Source: a phage. From it: a stretch of 64,000 nt of DNA. The position numbers and the translations under genes were made by a program. Shown here piece by piece: positions 46,652-55,196 of the stretch. Every line of letters begins with the position of its first letter. Positions within the stretch are counted from its first letter, which is position 1. The stretch lies in the sequence record PX393109.1; one strand, given 5' to 3'. The notes beneath the pieces are model-generated. The model saw only the letters and a program-made list of their open reading frames with translations. It ran no database searches and had not been told where the DNA came from.

Positions 46652-46894
46652 ATGGGAGAACGTCAGGAATTGACTCTTAACGATAAGATGCGTAGCGCTA
46701 TGCATCGTGAGATGGAAGAAGCTATTAATGGTATGCGTAAGAATACCAGACGTAACCAGGATCGCGTAGTTCAGAAGATCCGCAAGAAATACCAAAAGAT
46801 GGGAGTTAAATTACATGCCTTCTCTTGGTGGCCGATTAGGTGTATCGGTACATGTGGATATGGTGGTGGAGAAAGCCATCATTCATCCCAATAA
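46652..46894 (+). CDS. hypothetical protein (80 aa)
   Basis: ATG after GAGGAGGACAC; 3' end overlaps next ORF by 80 nt. Confidence 0.35.
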   Translation: MGERQELTLNDKMRSAMHREMEEAINGMRKNTRRNQDRVVQKIRKKYQKMGVKLHAFSWWPIRCIGTCGYGGGESHHSSQ

Positions 46895-47072
46895 CACCAT
46901 AGAAGCAACTATTCTTGAGCCTGAAGATAAACGTGGCGAGAGGGTACGTGCTGATAACTACAAACTGATCAACGAAGATGGTGTTCAGTACGCAGTCACC
47001 AGTAAAGGTAAGCTGGGTCTGGTAACTCGTACCGAGCATCAGAACTATGTCTACACGGATCTCCGTAAATGA
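46815..47072 (+). CDS. hypothetical protein (85 aa)
   Basis: ORF overlapping upstream gene in another frame. Confidence 0.35.
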   Translation: MPSLGGRLGVSVHVDMVVEKAIIHPNNTIEATILEPEDKRGERVRADNYKLINEDGVQYAVTSKGKLGLVTRTEHQNYVYTDLRK

Positions 47073-47254
47073 AGTTTGTGCAGATCAGAGTAAAGACTGA
47101 TGACTATGTTAAGTTATCAGAGCTACTTACCCAGATGCAGGTAGGCCATGAGTTAATCGGTAACTTCGGAGAGATGGCTAGCGCTATTGCTAATCCCATG
47201 ACTCCGGAACAGCAGGATGTCATTATTCGTGAAGTGGGAGCACATTGCACATAA
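47069..47254 (+). CDS. hypothetical protein (61 aa)
   Basis: ATGA overlap start. Confidence 0.35.
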   Translation: MKFVQIRVKTDDYVKLSELLTQMQVGHELIGNFGEMASAIANPMTPEQQDVIIREVGAHCT

Positions 47255-47442
47255 TGAGCATGTTTAATCCTGGGGATAAAGTCCTACACGAGAAGTCTGG
47301 TAATCATTATCATATTCTGGATGATGAAGTATATCTGGAAGAAACTAATGAGCGTGCCTATGTCTATCGTGGTAAGGACTTTAAGAAATGGGTCCGACGC
47401 GCCTCCGAGATGGAGGATGGGCGATTTACTAAAATAGGGTAA
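47245..47442 (+). CDS. hypothetical protein (65 aa)
   Basis: ORF. Confidence 0.35.
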   Translation: MHIMSMFNPGDKVLHEKSGNHYHILDDEVYLEETNERAYVYRGKDFKKWVRRASEMEDGRFTKIG

Positions 47443-47443
47443 T

Positions 47444-47689
47444 ATGGTTAAGGCAGCCGATGTAGATAAGATTCACTACGGTATGCAGGCTCTTAAAGAA
47501 CTGGAAAGGCAGTACAATATCATCGAAGAAAGTACTGGTCATGTGGCGTTGGGTATCACTATCCAGTCTCAGTACCAGGACGATGCCTTCATTGATGCAA
47601 TACGTCCAGCAGTTCTTGCCGAGTTATCTCGCCGTATTGATGATAAGCGACTAGAGCTGGAGAGGTTAGGCGTTAGTTTCTCTGAGTAG
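47444..47689 (+). CDS. hypothetical protein (81 aa)
   Basis: ORF. Confidence 0.4.
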   Translation: MVKAADVDKIHYGMQALKELERQYNIIEESTGHVALGITIQSQYQDDAFIDAIRPAVLAELSRRIDDKRLELERLGVSFSE

Positions 47690-47750
47690 TATTATCGATG
47701 GTACTTACGAGTGCCATCTATTAATATTGCTGTTAATCTTAGGAGATATT

Positions 47751-48083
47751 ATGAGCAACATTATTGCAACTGCAGAACACGTACGTCTGGCTCGTGAACA
47801 TAAGCAGCAGGTAGATAAAGAGAATGCCCTGAAGTTCCTGGACGAACACTGGAACGATGGTTTCGACGCTATCAATAAGATGCTGATCACTCACTTCAGT
47901 GCGGATGTACATCTTACCCAGCTGGACGAAGCATTTAAGGGAGACCGAGCACTCCTGAATAAGGATGGCAAGACTACCAACACTACGGTGCTGTCTAATC
48001 TGTACCATGCTCTAGGATTTAAGGTAAGCTACTCTATGTCCTCTAACTACCGCAACGAGAGGATATTCATCGAACTGGGGTAA
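47751..48083 (+). CDS. hypothetical protein (110 aa)
   Basis: ATG after TTAGGAGATATT. Confidence 0.45.
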   Translation: MSNIIATAEHVRLAREHKQQVDKENALKFLDEHWNDGFDAINKMLITHFSADVHLTQLDEAFKGDRALLNKDGKTTNTTVLSNLYHALGFKVSYSMSSNYRNERIFIELG

Positions 48084-48085
48084 CC

Positions 48086-48295
48086 ATGGCTATAACGATA
48101 GGAGTATTGATAGGGGTAGTTATGATACTCCTGTTCAGATTGGCTTTATTAAAAGATCGCTTATCTAAGCTAAACTCAGATCTTAATTCCGTTAAGACTT
48201 TGCTGGGTAAGTGTAACGATTTACGTAAAACGAAAGGAACTAACGATGAAAAAGATTCTTGTAGTTGCTCTTCTTGCAACAAGCGGAATGGCTAG
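48086..48295 (+). CDS. small membrane protein (69 aa)
   Basis: N-terminal TM helix ITIGVLIGVVMILLF. Confidence 0.4.
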   Translation: MAITIGVLIGVVMILLFRLALLKDRLSKLNSDLNSVKTLLGKCNDLRKTKGTNDEKDSCSCSSCNKRNG

Positions 48296-48464
48296 CGCAT
48301 CAGTAAATATCGAATGCTTCGGTCCGGATGGTCGGTCTCTGTATAGTGAGCCTAATGCTCAACGCTATGTAATCGAGACTGCGGCAACCACCATCTGGGA
48401 CAGTAGTGGTAATCCAGTAGTGATCACTGCTGCGGCACCATGCATCATTACTCCGAATAAGTAG
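48246..48464 (+). CDS. small secreted protein (signal peptide, 72 aa)
   Basis: MKKILVVALLATSGMASA signal-peptide-like N-terminus; RBS GAAAGGAAC. Confidence 0.45.
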   Translation: MKKILVVALLATSGMASASVNIECFGPDGRSLYSEPNAQRYVIETAATTIWDSSGNPVVITAAAPCIITPNK

Positions 48465-48654
48465 GAGCTACTGTGGACCGCAAACTTATAGAAGTAACCG
48501 TAGTCGTCGAAGTACCAGACACAGCATCCGATTCCGATATTAAGGACTTTGTAGATGTGGAGTTCGGAGAATGTGGAGGTATGAGACTGGATAACCCATG
48601 CCTAGACGACTACGATATTGAATCAGCAACATGGAAACATATTAAGGAGTAACG

Positions 48655-48942
48655 ATGCAGATCTTAGATGAGAACATCGTATCTGAAGCTCAAAAATTGA
48701 TCGAATCTGGACGAATCATGCCTTACATTAACGAGGTATGGAAGGGGTGGACTGACTGGGATACAGTAGCTAAGCGGACCGGATTCGATATTCGCACTGA
48801 TAAGGTTACTGATCTGGAGTCCGCTAAGAGGTTCGCGAAATGGTGTCACCATCTATGGGAAACCCTTCCGGATAAACCATGGATTCGTCATGGTCCATTC
48901 TTCCAGATCTGCGATTTCGCCGAATATCACTGCTGGGAGTAA
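48655..48942 (+). CDS. hypothetical protein (95 aa)
   Basis: ATG after AAGGAGTAACG. Confidence 0.45.
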   Translation: MQILDENIVSEAQKLIESGRIMPYINEVWKGWTDWDTVAKRTGFDIRTDKVTDLESAKRFAKWCHHLWETLPDKPWIRHGPFFQICDFAEYHCWE

Positions 48943-48943
48943 T

Positions 48944-49234
48944 ATGAAATTATCAGCTATTGGTGGGTTTCTACCGGTAATTATGGTGATCGTTATAATC
49001 TTCATTTTAAGCATCTTCATTTTAAGCAGGTGTTACGACGAATCTGGAGCAACTAAAACCCTAAATAACAGTGGATTCACCAATGTAACGATACATGGGA
49101 GATCCTGGTTTAAGTGCTCCAAGAATGGTATGTTCTCCACTAAATTTTCAGCAACTAGTCCTACTGGCACCAAAGTAACAGGAGCAGTATGCGGAGGATG
49201 GTTAGCTGGTAATGTAATCAGACTGGATGACTAA
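48944..49234 (+). CDS. membrane protein (96 aa)
   Basis: N-terminal TM LPVIMVIVIIFILSIFIL; ATG after GGGAGTAAT. Confidence 0.45.
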   Translation: MKLSAIGGFLPVIMVIVIIFILSIFILSRCYDESGATKTLNNSGFTNVTIHGRSWFKCSKNGMFSTKFSATSPTGTKVTGAVCGGWLAGNVIRLDD

Positions 49235-49235
49235 T

Positions 49236-49340
49236 ATGCTGGACGGCGCTGGATTTCTTATAGTGATCGGATTCTTCCTGGGATTGCTCTTCTGCTCATT
49301 CTGTGTAGCTATGGGATGGGAGATTCATCCGTTATGGTAG
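49236..49340 (+). CDS. small hydrophobic peptide (34 aa)
   Basis: ATG 2 nt after upstream stop; MLDGAGFLIVIGFFLGLLFCSFCVAMGWEIHPLW; below track cutoff. Confidence 0.3.
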   Translation: MLDGAGFLIVIGFFLGLLFCSFCVAMGWEIHPLW

Positions 49341-49531
49341 ATAAGATTCCGATTCATATGACTACTGGTATGCATTTTGAATATAACGGAGAGATGGTCT
49401 GTATGGTACGTGGTAGCCTGGTTATGGACGAACACACCGCTACATGTTCCGTGGCTAATGACGATGTTATATTCGAGAATGTAGACGCAACAACCATGGT
49501 GGAACCTAGACCAGGAACACTGTACGGTTAG
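49334..49531 (+). CDS. hypothetical protein (65 aa)
   Basis: ORF; start overlaps upstream stop. Confidence 0.35.
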   Translation: MVDKIPIHMTTGMHFEYNGEMVCMVRGSLVMDEHTATCSVANDDVIFENVDATTMVEPRPGTLYG

Positions 49532-49589
49532 CATAGCCTATAGGGTATTTCGGTGCCCTATGTGAAATGTTAACGTTAGGAGTAATCAA

Positions 49590-49778
49590 ATGCATACGTT
49601 AGATATATCTGACGAGGCTAAACGAATTTTAGAAGAGTTAGACGACTGGAGTGGTCCTATCTCTAAGCTGATCGCCAAGCTGAAAGATGTAGAGAACATT
49701 GAAGGTGATATCGATGTTACCTTCGATGCTGGTTATAATAATGTATCTATAATTGCAGGAGTTGATGATGAACAGTAA
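49590..49778 (+). CDS. hypothetical protein (62 aa)
   Basis: ATG after TTAGGAGTAATCAA. Confidence 0.4.
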   Translation: MHTLDISDEAKRILEELDDWSGPISKLIAKLKDVENIEGDIDVTFDAGYNNVSIIAGVDDEQ

Positions 49779-50322
49779 ACTTAGGTTAGCTCCTCATCTG
49801 TACAATAGAATGCTGAAAGAGTTGATGGATGCCGTAATGACTTATGGCCAGACTCAGCAGCTCCGTACACATCTGGCTAAGGTAGTGGATCAATACGTAG
49901 AGCCGGACCATCCACATACCAGACCCGCTCCTCAGTTTTATCAGGCAACATGGTCTTGGCGTAGCTGGGAAGTAAATGCCGTAATTACTGCAGAAGATTA
50001 CAAACTACTAGAATCTCGTCCGGATGTTAAGGTAGTCATGAGAGACTTCCGTGGCTATGGTAACGATGAGGAGTTCTCCTTCTCAGATTTATCGTTTACT
50101 CCCATCGATGCTGGTATGGCATCTAACTTCGCGGTAATGAGTTGCTCAGTAAACGAAGAGGTACTATTCGATCTCTTATCCGCAGTTAAGTTACAGATTC
50201 AGAGAGATGAGGTAATTGAAGAGATCGGATGCAACCGCTGCGGTGGTGCTGGTCAAGCAGTGATAGACCATGGCGAGCTCGGTATTGAGCATATGGTATG
50301 TCCTCATTGCAATAAGAAATAA
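49765..50322 (+). CDS. hypothetical protein with C-terminal CxxC..CxxC zinc-ribbon (185 aa)
   Basis: GCNRCGG...CPHCNKK at C-terminus. Confidence 0.4.
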   Translation: MMNSKLRLAPHLYNRMLKELMDAVMTYGQTQQLRTHLAKVVDQYVEPDHPHTRPAPQFYQATWSWRSWEVNAVITAEDYKLLESRPDVKVVMRDFRGYGNDEEFSFSDLSFTPIDAGMASNFAVMSCSVNEEVLFDLLSAVKLQIQRDEVIEEIGCNRCGGAGQAVIDHGELGIEHMVCPHCNKK

Positions 50323-50332
50323 GGAAGTATCT

Positions 50333-50887
50333 ATGAGTAGTAATCGTAATGTAGTGGAAGAGACTCTGGACTTAATCAACAATCTCTTCCGCAGTAAATT
50401 AAGTGGTGATCTCAATGCTATGGAGTTCACCATGAGCCGTAAAGAAGTAGCAGACATCCTCAATCACGTGAAGATGTCTATCACGAATAACTGCGTCGCT
50501 ATTCCTGATGGTCTGCATCCTGATACTCGTGAGTTGGTTCTGGACTTCGCTGGGAAGATGGCTAAGAAGTTACATAAAGCCCAGGTTAAGTATGGATTCA
50601 CCAACGGATGGCGTCATCCTAACTGGGATACGGCTAAGGGTAATGATCAGTTCGAAGACCCTACCCAGTGCATCATCGCATTTAGCCACCATATCGATAA
50701 GGGTGATCCTGTCGACGTGGCTAACTACTGCGCATTCATGGATTGGCATGGATGGTCCGCTAAATATGTCCCTGCCCCACACACTGTCACCATCGACAAT
50801 AAGGGTATGGTAGGGTCCATTAAACCAGCAACCGAGCCTGGATATGGGACCGATTATGTTGGTAGCATAGGAGACATGCCTCAGTGA
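50333..50887 (+). CDS. hypothetical protein (184 aa)
   Basis: ATG after AAGGAAGTATCT. Confidence 0.45.
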   Translation: MSSNRNVVEETLDLINNLFRSKLSGDLNAMEFTMSRKEVADILNHVKMSITNNCVAIPDGLHPDTRELVLDFAGKMAKKLHKAQVKYGFTNGWRHPNWDTAKGNDQFEDPTQCIIAFSHHIDKGDPVDVANYCAFMDWHGWSAKYVPAPHTVTIDNKGMVGSIKPATEPGYGTDYVGSIGDMPQ

Positions 50888-50895
50888 ATAAAATA

Positions 50896-51111
50896 ATGAT
50901 GATGGGTATACTCGAAAATATTGTAACCCTTATCTGCATGACTGTTCTAGTATTGGGCCTTTATTATATGGGAGCATCATGGTGGTCGGCTATACCTGGG
51001 CTATTGGTATTCAATCTTAGTTCTGTTAAGTATAAGGAAACTAAGTCTGTTGGTCACCCAGAGAATACCACACCAACTGGGGAGGTTGCTGCTCCTCCTA
51101 AGGACAGATAA
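50896..51111 (+). CDS. small membrane protein (71 aa)
   Basis: Two hydrophobic segments; start uncertain (GTG 50884 possible). Confidence 0.4.
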   Translation: MMMGILENIVTLICMTVLVLGLYYMGASWWSAIPGLLVFNLSSVKYKETKSVGHPENTTPTGEVAAPPKDR

Positions 51112-51422
51112 TGGAACAGTTCCGCATTGAATTAAAGATATGGAGCGCAGATATCGGGGAACGCCCTCCGGAGGGGGACGTTAACTGGAGAACTGCCTAC
51201 TGCATTTTAGGTCCTGTTAATGAAGAAGACTGGACTTTAGATAAAGATAAGGCTACTTTGCTTAGTTATGACCGTCTGGATGAGCTAAATCTGTTCGGTT
51301 TAGCTGCAAGATGCCGTAATTCCCTACGTTTATCTAACTGGGAACTAGGCTCCGTGAACATAATTAAGCTGGTAGATCCTGAGCTTATCCATATCAACAT
51401 AACGATAGATAAAGAGTATTAA
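51111..51422 (+). CDS. hypothetical protein (103 aa)
   Basis: ORF, overlapping start. Confidence 0.4.
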   Translation: MEQFRIELKIWSADIGERPPEGDVNWRTAYCILGPVNEEDWTLDKDKATLLSYDRLDELNLFGLAARCRNSLRLSNWELGSVNIIKLVDPELIHINITIDKEY

Positions 51423-51432
51423 GGAGCTTAAA

Positions 51433-51666
51433 ATGGATAAAGAGTTAAATGGTGCAGAAGAAGATGTTCTGTACAAATTATTCTGGTTCGGACCAGCAGC
51501 AGACGGAGACCTACCATCTAAATCTGGAGCATCTGGCTTGGTAGATAAAGGATTAGCTGCCTGGTTTAAGGGTAATAATCTCTGCCCTAAGATTTATGAT
51601 GACCGTAACATGTGTATGCTTACTTCCCTTGGGGTAGACTTAGCCAGAAATAAGTATACTAAATAA
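51433..51666 (+). CDS. hypothetical protein (77 aa)
   Basis: ATG after AAGGAGCTTAAA. Confidence 0.45.
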   Translation: MDKELNGAEEDVLYKLFWFGPAADGDLPSKSGASGLVDKGLAAWFKGNNLCPKIYDDRNMCMLTSLGVDLARNKYTK

Positions 51667-51668
51667 AA

Positions 51669-51704
51669 CCGCTCTTTTGTACGGTCAAAAGGCTGTTAAA
51701 CTGT
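51669..51704 (+). promoter_or_regulatory. class A conserved promoter-like motif, copy 13
   Basis: CCGCTCTTTTGTACGGTCAAAAGGCTGTTAAACTGT; followed by 5' UTR hairpin ATAGAGCA..TGCTCTAT. Confidence 0.6.
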
Positions 51705-51778
51705 AGAGGTTATTCCTATAGAGCATCTGATGGTGCTCTATGTGAATAGTCTTAGGAGATATTAGGAGATATTAAGAT

Positions 51779-52138
51779 ATGTTTGAGAAATTAAAATCTA
51801 TATTTAAAACTGTTCCAGCAATTCCCTTACTGACTAAATCGGAAGAGCGACTAGCTTATGAGAATATGATCCGTACTGGGGACCCTACCGAATTTATCAG
51901 AATGTTGGATAATGACGAAATCCGGATGATTCGTAAAGATACATGGACTTGGGTAAGCGCTAATGGTGTAATCCATGTCTATAACGATATTTACGGTCCG
52001 GAAGTTAAGCTGGGAGGAGTAAGTGCGTTAATTGACTGTAATGGTGATGCTTACGGTCTATCTTACGAAGATGGTAAGAGAGTATATAACGCAATCTGGG
52101 ACTCCTGCGACCGCTCCAGGAGGATGGCTCATGTTTAA
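51779..52138 (+). CDS. hypothetical protein (119 aa)
   Basis: ATG after duplicated TTAGGAGATATTAGGAGATATTAAGAT. Confidence 0.45.
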   Translation: MFEKLKSIFKTVPAIPLLTKSEERLAYENMIRTGDPTEFIRMLDNDEIRMIRKDTWTWVSANGVIHVYNDIYGPEVKLGGVSALIDCNGDAYGLSYEDGKRVYNAIWDSCDRSRRMAHV

Positions 52139-52301
52139 GTTACTTATTATAAGTAGTATTGTTGCTCGGGATGCTCCATCAGTTCACTCGGTAATTGCGG
52201 AATTTGAGACTAAAGATCAAGCAGATCGTGCCTACGACAAAATGGTGGAATCTGCCAACCCTCAGTCCTGGGTATCTAACAAAGTAGTGAAACTTTACTA
52301 A
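52131..52301 (+). CDS. hypothetical protein (56 aa)
   Basis: ATG after GGAGGATGGCTC; overlapping upstream gene end. Confidence 0.35.
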   Translation: MFKLLIISSIVARDAPSVHSVIAEFETKDQADRAYDKMVESANPQSWVSNKVVKLY

Positions 52302-52830
52302 TAGCTGAGTTCTATTAAGGCACCTAACGGCCTAATAGTTGCTCTTCCGTAAAACAGATTCGATAGTCTGGGAAGAGCAGCTATATACTCTCATTAAGTA
52401 ATGCGTATACATAGGGCACGATTAAGTTACGTCTCCGGCTATGGTTGCATTACGAATAGTTAGGTAGTGTCCCTATTCAGATTGTCCGGAACTGGATAGA
52501 GGATGAAGGTATTGTCGAGACCTTAGTGGGGACTGATGCGAACTACACTAAGGTTTATACCCTCTCAACATTCTTAGGGGCATCTACGTAGTATACCTTG
52601 CGTCACGCGTAGGGTGAGCGAGTTAAAGCCCAAAGTGGCTTTAGGGAGCGAATCCCAGGGGGAGGCTCGGGTGGGCAAGGTCAGAGTCTCCGGAGGAGCT
52701 TAGTCTCGTGTACGCGGCGGCTCTGCCAGCCGCCGCTACACTCCAATTGGTTAAATTAGATAAGGGGCCGGTAGTTCCTACGTCCATTAGTTTAGGAGTT
52801 ATTATTTGATTATGTTGAGGAACACTATTA
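52302..52830. other. 529-bp non-coding region with multiple GC-rich hairpins (candidate structured RNA or cis-acting element)
   Basis: No convincing ORF/RBS on either strand; hairpins GCTCTTCC..GGAAGAGC (52341-52378), AAAGCC..GGCTTT (52626-52643), GCGGCGGCT..AGCCGCCGC (52714-52736); lacks class A/B motifs. Confidence 0.4.
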
Positions 52831-53064
52831 ATGATCGTAGTTACTGAAGAGTATATTACCTCCCAGTCTAAGGCTGGTGGGAAGGCTGTTGGAAGAGTAG
52901 CAATAGCTAAACTAACCAATATGGGTTATGTTCCTAAGGACACTCCTAAGCCACCAGCACCATGGATATGGGAAAAGGAGAATGGCAGGATTATGGCTAT
53001 TACCCAGTATATGGGGCCATTCAGACTCAAGATCGAATACTTAGTAGATCTGGAAGATTCGTAG
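52831..53064 (+). CDS. hypothetical protein (77 aa)
   Basis: ORF. Confidence 0.4.
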   Translation: MIVVTEEYITSQSKAGGKAVGRVAIAKLTNMGYVPKDTPKPPAPWIWEKENGRIMAITQYMGPFRLKIEYLVDLEDS

Positions 53065-53065
53065 G

Positions 53066-53101
53066 CCGCTCTTTTTAGGTGCTGAAAGGCTGTTAAGGTG
53101 T
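53066..53101 (+). promoter_or_regulatory. class A conserved promoter-like motif, copy 14
   Basis: CCGCTCTTTTTAGGTGCTGAAAGGCTGTTAAGGTGT. Confidence 0.6.
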
Positions 53102-53124
53102 CAGAACTACTGTTAGGAGAAATT

Positions 53125-53319
53125 ATGACTACTGAAGAAAAGATGATCCATATGTACAATCAGGTTCATGGTCCTATCTCTGCTTCCTGTTACTGGGAGT
53201 ATGATGAAGAGACTAACGAATTGATCTGCATGAAAGATGGCCATGAATGCTGGCGGACATCTAGAGAAGAGATTCTGTTTGACTATATCACTAAGGATAT
53301 GACAGATGCCACAGTTTAA
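53125..53319 (+). CDS. hypothetical protein (64 aa)
   Basis: ATG after TTAGGAGAAATT. Confidence 0.45.
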   Translation: MTTEEKMIHMYNQVHGPISASCYWEYDEETNELICMKDGHECWRTSREEILFDYITKDMTDATV

Positions 53320-53458
53320 GTGCTCCTGGTGTAAACAACATAAGGATGAGACTCCTATCGATATGTCGGAGTATGGTCTCGAACCAGTATGTCTTACCTG
53401 TATGCAGGTAATCGAAGAGCAGGCTATGGGAGGAGGCTCCGATGATGACGAGGAGTAA
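53306..53458 (+). CDS. small zinc-ribbon protein (50 aa)
   Basis: CSWC...CLTC pattern, acidic C-terminus; below track cutoff. Confidence 0.35.
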   Translation: MPQFKCSWCKQHKDETPIDMSEYGLEPVCLTCMQVIEEQAMGGGSDDDEE

Positions 53459-53663
53459 TCCCGTACAGATTAATGCTCTCTGTCTAGATGGTGTCTGGAT
53501 GGCGAGTTGGGAATATTACAAAGCTAAGGATGCTAAGAAAGAGGCTGAGTTTACTGGAGAGCCGAAAGTAATTAAGCGTAGTAAGGCTAACGAAGATTGC
53601 TACTGCGGATCTGGCAAGAAGGTAAAGAATTACCCATGTAAACAATACGTCCTGAAAAGATAA
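53442..53663 (+). CDS. hypothetical protein (73 aa)
   Basis: ORF overlapping upstream small gene. Confidence 0.35.
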   Translation: MMTRSNPVQINALCLDGVWMASWEYYKAKDAKKEAEFTGEPKVIKRSKANEDCYCGSGKKVKNYPCKQYVLKR

Positions 53664-53672
53664 GGAATAATT

Positions 53673-53927
53673 ATGTACTTTACTGATAATATGATCGTAG
53701 GACTGATGATTGCTTATGTCATCGGTGGGATCATCGTTTATCCGATTGCTGCTTATGTTACTGGCAGATTCCGTATTAAGCATGGTGGCTACACAGTATT
53801 GGCTACGGTATTTTGGCCGTTAATCCCTTTCGTGATCGTGGCAGTTATCATAACTAAACTGGCCGAAATAGCTTGCACGAAAGGGTTCCACTACCTCCGC
53901 GATCTCGGTGAGAAACATGCCAATTAA
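53673..53927 (+). CDS. membrane protein (84 aa, 2 TM)
   Basis: Hydrophobic segments IVGLMIAYVIGGIIVYPIAAYV and LATVFWPLIPFVIVAVII. Confidence 0.45.
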   Translation: MYFTDNMIVGLMIAYVIGGIIVYPIAAYVTGRFRIKHGGYTVLATVFWPLIPFVIVAVIITKLAEIACTKGFHYLRDLGEKHAN

Positions 53928-54486
53928 TTTCAGTATGCAGAGTCTTGAAGACTTTGTACCAGAGCATGGTAAGAGCGTAGTAGTCTTCTACCACGAGCGA
54001 TTCTATTCCCGAGTAGAAATGCTACAGATGCAAGTAGAGTTCCACTACCAGATGATAGATGGCGATGGCTGCCCAGTTCCTCAGTGGGCATGCTATGATA
54101 ATCGTGACGACATACCGTTCGATAAGCCATTCATCTGGAAAGATAAGCAGGTTAAGTTCCTTACTCTGGACGACTGTATGGAAATACATAATCGTCATCC
54201 CAAGCACCACTATCGTTACTGGTGGGTTAAGGACTGGTTCCTAACTGGCGGAGGAAATAGCCAGTTAAATAGGGAACAGCTGGCGGAGATGTCGTTAGGG
54301 ATTATGAGTGCCGAACAGTTTAGTGCTGAGCTGGATAAGGGATGTGCTGATCTGGAAGCCAAGCGTATCTTACGTGAATTAACTCGTGAATCCCGTACTG
54401 GATATTGTGAGAAGCATGGCACTCGTCAGCTGGGTAAGGACCTATGTGATGTGTGCCGTATTGAACGTGCATTTATGGAGGGATGA
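53917..54486 (+). CDS. hypothetical protein with Cys-rich C-terminus (189 aa)
   Basis: ATG 53917 (track start is GTG); C-terminal CEKHG...CDVC. Confidence 0.4.
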   Translation: MPINFSMQSLEDFVPEHGKSVVVFYHERFYSRVEMLQMQVEFHYQMIDGDGCPVPQWACYDNRDDIPFDKPFIWKDKQVKFLTLDDCMEIHNRHPKHHYRYWWVKDWFLTGGGNSQLNREQLAEMSLGIMSAEQFSAELDKGCADLEAKRILRELTRESRTGYCEKHGTRQLGKDLCDVCRIERAFMEG

Positions 54487-55142
54487 TGCGGATCTGGACC
54501 GACAAGAACTCTATTCTGGAGTTTATCGGAGAGTACCGATTCCTATCTAACTTTTATCCTGTTCCTATTGAGGATAAGAATCCTTACGGGAACGAGACTC
54601 TTCCCTCCCTTACTTACCCTAGTGTGGAGCATGCCTATCAAGCATCTAAGTCTCCATCACTAGCCCATCGTCTTATCATAGCTAGACTTCATACTCCTGG
54701 TGAGGCCAAGAGATATGGACGTAAGCTGCCCATTACTGAATCGTGGAAGGAACAGAGAGTAGATGTGATGGAACACCTACTCCGGATTAAATTCGCGAAA
54801 GGTGGGGAGCTAGCTCAAAAATTGACCGATACTTGGCCTAAGGAGCTGGTCGAAGGAAATACCCACGGAGATTCCTTCTGGGGTATGACTCGTGAGGAGT
54901 ACAAGTCCGTCCTCACTGGTATTAATATGCTCGGACGATTACTGATGAAACTTCGGGAGGAGTTAGTTATGGAACAAATGACCAAGGAGACAGGATCGTT
55001 TGCGGAGTGGCATAAACTGCTGCACCAATACGCTCAGTCTCGTGGCGGTAGCGCTGCTGATGCGGAAGCCTGGCGGGATGATTACGATGAAGGTAAGACC
55101 CCTAAGCAGGCCTACGACGATGAGTGGGGCGAAGAAGACTAA
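54483..55142 (+). CDS. NADAR/YbiA-family protein (DUF1768; N-glycosidase / ADP-ribose-processing fold)
   Basis: FLSNFYPVPI...YPSVEHAYQASKS...GEAKRYGRKLP..SWKEQRVDVMEHLLRIKF...HGDSFWG colinear with E. coli YbiA as I recall it. Confidence 0.7.
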   Translation: MMRIWTDKNSILEFIGEYRFLSNFYPVPIEDKNPYGNETLPSLTYPSVEHAYQASKSPSLAHRLIIARLHTPGEAKRYGRKLPITESWKEQRVDVMEHLLRIKFAKGGELAQKLTDTWPKELVEGNTHGDSFWGMTREEYKSVLTGINMLGRLLMKLREELVMEQMTKETGSFAEWHKLLHQYAQSRGGSAADAEAWRDDYDEGKTPKQAYDDEWGEED

Positions 55143-55150
55143 CCTATCTT

Positions 55151-55180
55151 AGCGCTCTTTAGGGAGCGCTATTTTTATTT
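55151..55180 (+). terminator. rho-independent terminator (AGCGCTC-TTTAGGG-GAGCGCT + T-run)
   Basis: 7-bp stem then atttttattt; loop contains the CTCTTTAGGG core shared with class A/B motifs. Confidence 0.65.
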
Positions 55181-55196
55181 AATGTTGGGAGTAATT

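Noticed and set aside
52302-52830. tRNA gene(s) in the long intergenic region
   Set aside because: No GTTCRANYC T-loop consensus with flanking 5-bp stem and no cloverleaf could be assembled by eye; the nearest candidate (AGCGAATCC) lacks pairing partners. A tRNAscan run would be needed to exclude this formally.
52641-52919. 92-aa minus-strand ORF inside the long non-coding region
   Set aside because: No RBS; overlaps GC-rich hairpins; Ala/Pro/Ser-rich translation typical of spurious GC-rich ORFs, and it would run antisense into the start of gene 52831.
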